This document shows positions 58,186 to 64,000 of a DNA stretch of 64,000 bases, one piece after another. The translations under genes were made by a program, and so were the position numbers. This stretch comes from Macrostomum lignano. Lineage: Eukaryota. The DNA lies in the NCBI GenBank assembly GCA_002269645.1, contig NIVC01000856.1, positions 124,001 to 188,000 of the forward strand. The letters are read 5' to 3'. The number at the start of each line of letters is the position of its first letter. Position 1 is the first letter of the stretch. The notes below the pieces were generated by a model. The model saw only the letters and a program-made list of their open reading frames with translations. It made no database searches and was not told the origin of the DNA.

Positions 58186-60845
58186 GCCGAATAGCTGGGG
58201 GTCACTAGCTGGGCTATTGCGTCAGGGTGGGCGGGGACTGCTGGGGGAGGGCACTACTACTGGTTAGATGAGTTCAAGCCACTTTGAAGAGTGAGCTGAA
58301 ATTCAAGGCAAAGTTCAATTTATGATGTAAATCTCTATCATGTCAGACATTTTGCTAAAAATTAACTAGTATCCATAAGTAGCTTATTTACTGCTAGATC
58401 CAATATAATTTTGCAGCATAACATAGTCAAAATATCTAATAAATAATTGAATATTTTAGCACAAGGAAACTGTGGCTTAACAAATAAAGTTAAGTAAGTT
58501 TTATAACTAGAATAGCCAATAAAATTATTATAATAAACACATATATTAAAACTTATCAAATAAACTTATCATTAAAGATGGAGTGAGTTTACCGTATGAA
58601 ATAGCCATAGCTTTGTAGGCATAATTTACTATGACTGAATATTATTGAATAGTAATACAGAAAATTAAATAAATCTTTTTAAATCTACCTCTTGTAGATA
58701 AATTATATTCTTAGTATTTTAAGTTTTTAAGACCTAAAAAAAGCTATAAAACAGTTGACAACATTTTCATCTTACCAATTCCAAACAAACAAGAATGTAT
58801 AACATTAAATAGTTCAGCAATAGATGTATTCTTATTCAATTTATTTGGAATATTTATCTGAACAATAATCTGTTTCTGTTACAGTCAATAGGCCCCACCC
58901 TCTGCATAGGAATAACAACTTAAAACTTATATCTTATGTGTTGGCATGTCTAGGAGGAGATATGTGTTAAACCCAGCCGGTCCACTCAGCTTTAGATATA
59001 GGATTATATTTCCGAACTAAGAGAGATGAATAAATAGCAATATTATTTACCATAATAAGTGCGTAGATGCATATTATTCGCAGAGACTTTTAATCCTAAA
59101 AATTGGGTAAAAATATTTTAAACTGTCAACAAGACACGTCTAGCACCGTTGTAATAGTTCAGGTTGTTAAAATATCGGCTAAGCTTGAGCATTAATAGCT
59201 AGTAGTTCGATCGATCTGCCTGCCGATCATAATTAAACAATCATAACCTTTACGTTTGAACTTATAGTACCACTCTTTGAGTTTAGTTAAACACAGTTTG
59301 CAACTTGAATCCTTATTAATGGCTTGAAAATATAAAAATAGTTACTAAGACTTGAATCTGCAACTATTTTTTGCAGTTGTGCTATATATTGCATATTATT
59401 TGTACAGGTTTGGTTGGTTCTTATTAACGTGTACGTGGTGCAATACATGTATGATACTTTCCGTGGGCAAGCGACAAAAAATAATTTTCGTCTAAAGTAG
59501 ACACTTAATTATATTGATAATTTCATGGTAGTTCGTATCATGCAGTTAAAACGAATGGGATTGGGATGAAAGATTACATGTACCATACAATACAAATGAT
59601 TTACATTTACATGTGTACATGTACATACGAAATCAGACCACGCAGCACACGCGTTTTAGCATGCAAGGCAGCATACAGTACATGATGTGCACAAGTACAA
59701 CAGTAGGTACAAACTCAAAGACTCAAAGTAACTGTTTAGGAGGCCATTTTCGTGGAAAAAATACACTGTGGAGATAGGAAAAAATCTTTTTTCATCACAA
59801 AATCAATGCGATTGCATTCGATCTGGGGCGGTGCAAAGATTACCATTTCTTAATTTAGCATCCACAACATGTTACTCTATTGTATTTTATATAGCTGTGT
59901 AGTGAACGTTTCATTTTCATATCGTTTTCTTTTTTTTCATATACATGTAATGTTCAAATGTTGAAGAGTTGCAAATGTTCACAAGTGAAGTTTTGTCTTG
60001 TCTTTCTTGAATCCACTATATTTGTAGTAAAATTGTTGCACCCAGGTACTCTTAAGCCACTATTGTAGGTATAGTTTCATCGAAAAGCAAATTTGTAGCT
60101 ACATGTACTCCTATACCGGCTGTCATATTGATAATAGTGCAGACAACAATGTTTAGCAATACGCTCGTATCATTTGAAATTTTTCATGTTGTTGATCTAG
60201 TCTTTAGAAAGCTATATCAATTTTTAAGCCAGCAAGCTTTAGCTTAAGACTATGTAAGATCGAGTACCTACATACATTCCAATTAATTTTATTACAATCT
60301 AAATACACTAAATCTCTAAGGTTTGTATGTTTGAACGTCCATAACGCTCTAGTTAATATACTACATGTACTTGATTCAAAAAAGAACAAGAAAATGCCAC
60401 ATTCATGCAGTAATTATACAAGCGTACATCTCCTTAAATTAGGGCGGAAGAAAATTCAGTACGCGTAAGAAGAGCGTCAACACTTAAAATACAATTTGTT
60501 GCGTTATTTCAACGGAGTTTACAAACATTCTTTTAATAGGGGTTTTACCATAGACAAATGCGATCGAAAAAAGAAGAAAACACTCAAGAGATAGGGACAG
60601 CTAAAAATTGCTGTGTGCCACCAGTGCTGCGGTAAAGTCTGACTCACGCAGTTCTCTCGGTGGGCAGCTATATTGCAATGTACAGATTGTGTACACAGCA
60701 CACTATACTCTACATGCATATGTAGAGCGCGAGAACCCAACAGGTGCAGCGCTGCAGTGTTCAGCCTATAAAATGTGGGACAGAATTGCTAGCGTTATAT
60801 ATTCCTAGCTTATAAATTGACAAAACACAATCAAACTGCCTCATC

Positions 60846-61505
60846 ATGCAAGCAACCTCGACAATAGACAAGCTGGGCTACCAGCTGCCACCTCGATCGA
60901 TTCCAGCTGCTCAGATGAGTCTTCAAGCCCGCGTTGACGAGGTGTTCGACCTGCTGGAGAGGTACGGCAGCGAGAACTACCTCGGCGAGGACATCTCCAA
61001 GTGCCAGCACGCAGTGCAGTGCGCCCTCATTGCCGAAGGTCTCAACCAGCCGAGCCACATCGTCCTTGGCGCCCTGCTGCACGACATCGGGCATCACCTG
61101 AGCGGCTTGGATCCCCAGGTGCCTCGCATGGTTACCGACGGCGTTGACTACGGCACGGTGGATCACGACATTCTGGGAGCTCGCTATCTGGAGTTGCTGC
61201 AGTTCCCGCCGGAAATTACCGCCTTCGTGCTGAATCATGTTCAGGCGAAGCGTTACCTGGTTGCTAAGCGGCCCGGATATCGGGAGCAGCTGTCGGAGGC
61301 GAGCAAGGCCACGCTGGAGCACCAGGGAGGCGCCATGAGCACCGCGGAGGCCGACCACTTCGAGAGCCTGCCAGATCACTGCGCCTATCTGGAGATGCGC
61401 ACCTGGGACGAGGCTGGCAAGGACCCGAGCGTGGACTACACAGTCGAGCTAGGACGGTTCAAACAGCTCTGCATGGATTACCTGGCTTCCAAGTCGCCAG
61501 CTTGA
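60846..61505 (+). CDS. phnZ: Intronless HD-domain diiron oxygenase, PhnZ/TmpB family (2-amino-1-hydroxyethylphosphonate dioxygenase-like)
   Basis: YLGEDISKCQH, ALLHDIGH, DHD..GA, NHVQAKRYL, LSEAS..TLEHQGG, RTWDEAGKD: the PhnZ iron-ligand pattern. AATAAA at 61566. Confidence 0.9.
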   Translation: MQATSTIDKLGYQLPPRSIPAAQMSLQARVDEVFDLLERYGSENYLGEDISKCQHAVQCALIAEGLNQPSHIVLGALLHDIGHHLSGLDPQVPRMVTDGVDYGTVDHDILGARYLELLQFPPEITAFVLNHVQAKRYLVAKRPGYREQLSEASKATLEHQGGAMSTAEADHFESLPDHCAYLEMRTWDEAGKDPSVDYTVELGRFKQLCMDYLASKSPA

Positions 61506-62029
61506 TAGGGGAATATGGAGGCACCGCGTTGGTTTAACTTGTTTTTTGTGCAACGTGTTCGAGTCAATAAATAATATATACTCTAACAGCTAGAGTTTCG
61601 GTATTCAAACTGTAACTCATAATCCTCTGCTATTACTCGTAGTACGTGTGGAACGTAGCAACTCAGGTACACAAAATTCAAGAAAAAAGACTAACTTTTT
61701 GTTTCGCACTTTCTCAAATAAGAGTCAATTGTCAACAGTCCTCTGGAAAGTCGAGATATTCGACGATTCTGCCAGAAGGTCGGATTTTTTTCATAATTGC
61801 GCTAGTGCATTCAGTACACCCCTGGGCGCCAATCAGCACTGCGCATCAGTTCAGCCTTGCAAAGCCTCCAAAGCCTCCATCAGCACGTCGACCACATGTG
61901 TCTGCATCAACTCTGACTTCGTTGGTCACTGGCCTTCACCCAGGCGGAGCTTCTGGACCTTCAACAGGTATGACCCCATGTGACTATGGACACTTATGGA
62001 CAGTTTCTCAAGCATTCAGTCGTCAGCAC

Positions 62030-62345
<316 letters not shown>

Positions 62346-63001
62346 ATACTTTGGCATTTTAGTATACTTATCGTAAATAGAAATAATAAAAATAAAATGT
62401 ATTGACGGATGCTGGACGGAGAAGGTCAAAGCAAGTTTAAATATGTGATACTTTCCTCTGAATTTTATTTCAACTTAAAGACAAAAGGCTGTTTTCCAAG
62501 AAGCGTCTAATAATTTTAATAATTTAAAAAGATGCAGCTCAGGTTCTAATTAGGTATATTGACGGTGAGCAGAACCAGAACCATGCGAATGGAGGCATTT
62601 AAACATTTCTAAAAAATTACAAGCAAAAAAGTATAAATGACCTAATAGTACAAAAAGTTGTTGAAAAAGTACAAAAAGCTGCTCAAGATGTTTGGAGTCC
62701 AGAAGGCCAGCTGGAAATATACTCGTATTTTTTTAGACTAAAAAATACAAAAGGTTGCTACCAATGCAATCCAGGCCACGTGAAATAAACAAATAGAAAA
62801 GTAAAATTCTAAGAAAAAATGAGATAGACAGAGAAACAAGACTGTTCGACGGAAGGTAAAAAGAAAAAAATCCGGAATGTTAGAATATAAGAAACCGCGT
62901 GTTAATACGCTCCTAATTGCGATAGTAAAACTGGCATCCGAAATTTATGAGCTCATAATATTTGTTTAAATGAACATGAACATCCAACCGAAAGGCAAGT
63001 A

Positions 63002-63869
63002 TTAAACTAGGTACTTTCTCTTCAGGTATGTCAGGTAGGAGAAGTCACTCTCGCCGGCTGTGACTCCAGGCGACTCCGACAATCGAGTTGTTGATTTGGC
63101 TCGACTCGAGATCAGATTGCGTCTGGCGGTGTCCTCTGAGTTCAGGGATTTATGGGCGGCGGGTTAGAATTGGAGCGCAGGTGAGAATTTGAGCTGAGTT
63201 TTGGGTGCTGGTTTTATGGGGTAGGCGTCCTGTTTGAAGTTTTGGGGTGTCGGTTTTATGGGGTAGGCGGCCTGTTTGAAGTTTTGGGGTGTCGGTTTTA
63301 TGGGGTAGGCGGCCTGTTTGAAGTTTTGGGGTGTCGGTTTTATGGGGTAGGCGGCCTGTTTGAAGTTTTGGGGTGTCGGTTTTATGGGGTAGGCGGCCTG
63401 TTTGAAGTTTTGGGGTGTCGGTTTTAAGGGGTAGGCGGCCTGTTTGAAGTTCCACAGAAGAGGAAATGACAAATTGTTATGACTCACCTGACTCAAGATG
63501 TTTAGAGATGCTGCAATTTAATTCGGCGCGCAGTTCCTCAAGAAGGAACGCGTCCAGCTGCTGTTGCTGCTGCTGATGAGGCAACCGGGGCTGCTGCGGA
63601 GGAGGCGGCTGCGGCAGTCTGGACTGCTCGCCACCGATGTACCCCGTCAGCTGGGCGTCAGTCAAGAAGGCTCGAGACGAGGCGACAGCTCTGGCGCGCT
63701 CCTTTTCCAGACTGAGCGCTGCCGCGGTGTGCGCCTCCGCGTTGCTGACCCGCTGCAGCTCCTCGGTGAGCTTGCGGCGCAGCCGGCGCTCCTGATCGTG
63801 GCTCTGCTTGAGGTGCTCGCAGGTCGAGCTGAGCTGCAAGCAGGCCTGCCGAAGCTGCTCGGCGTCCAT
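63002..63869 (-). CDS. ANKRD26: 3' end of ANKRD26-like coiled-coil gene (DUF3496-like C-terminus); exons 63869-63488 and 63135-63002; gene continues beyond the window
   Basis: KQSHDQERRLRRKLTEELQRV..LSLEKERAR and LEELRAELNCSISKHLES resemble the ANKRD26 C-terminal coiled coil as I recall it. The final exon ends YLTYLKRKYLV*. CCCCAG and ACTCAG acceptors, GTGAGT donor, phase 1. Confidence 0.72.
63205..63450. repeat. Intronic minisatellite, 42-bp unit GGTTTTATGGGGTAGGCGGCCTGTTTGAAGTTTTGGGGTGTC
   Basis: About 5.5 tandem copies. Confidence 0.92.
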
Positions 63870-64000
63870 CTGGGGAGGCGGAAACTATTTTTTCAGGGGT
63901 GTCGCCATGAATTTTATGCTGGGGGTGGGGGGCAAAAAGCCAAGATTTTACATGTACAGTATTTTCAGAATTGGTGTTGTCAGCGCTCATTTTAGCGCCG

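Overview
Eukaryotic (metazoan) genomic DNA with GC-rich exons, AT-rich intergenic DNA, GT-AG introns and a different minisatellite in almost every intron. The style suggests a free-living flatworm such as Macrostomum, but that is inference. Host genes I could reconstruct by hand: (1) a receptor tyrosine phosphatase on + (22334-35648; Ig, FN3, TM, active D1, Cys-to-Asp D2; Ptp99A/R5-like); (2) calcyphosine-like CAPSL on + (40400-42493); (3) an Ajuba/LIMD1/WTIP-family LIM gene on - (45978-58185); (4) an intronless PhnZ/TmpB-type HD-domain phosphonate oxygenase on + (60846-61505); (5) the last two exons of an ANKRD26-like gene on - (63002-63869). Mobile DNA: a decayed, 5'-truncated Ty3/Gypsy element with one LTR, a full-length near-intact LOA/R1-type LINE (49594-55313), a 762-bp retroposon with a 20-bp TSD, tRNA-derived SINEs, nested MITEs and Helitron-like ends. 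The strongest hidden signal is a full HDV-like self-cleaving ribozyme fold whose G1 coincides exactly with the LINE 5' end. The same LINE has a TAATG stop-start junction between ORF1 and ORF2. Other leads are the PhnZ-like gene in an animal and three tRNA-like heads each sitting directly upstream of a minisatellite array. All structures were read by eye; no searches or folding programs were run.
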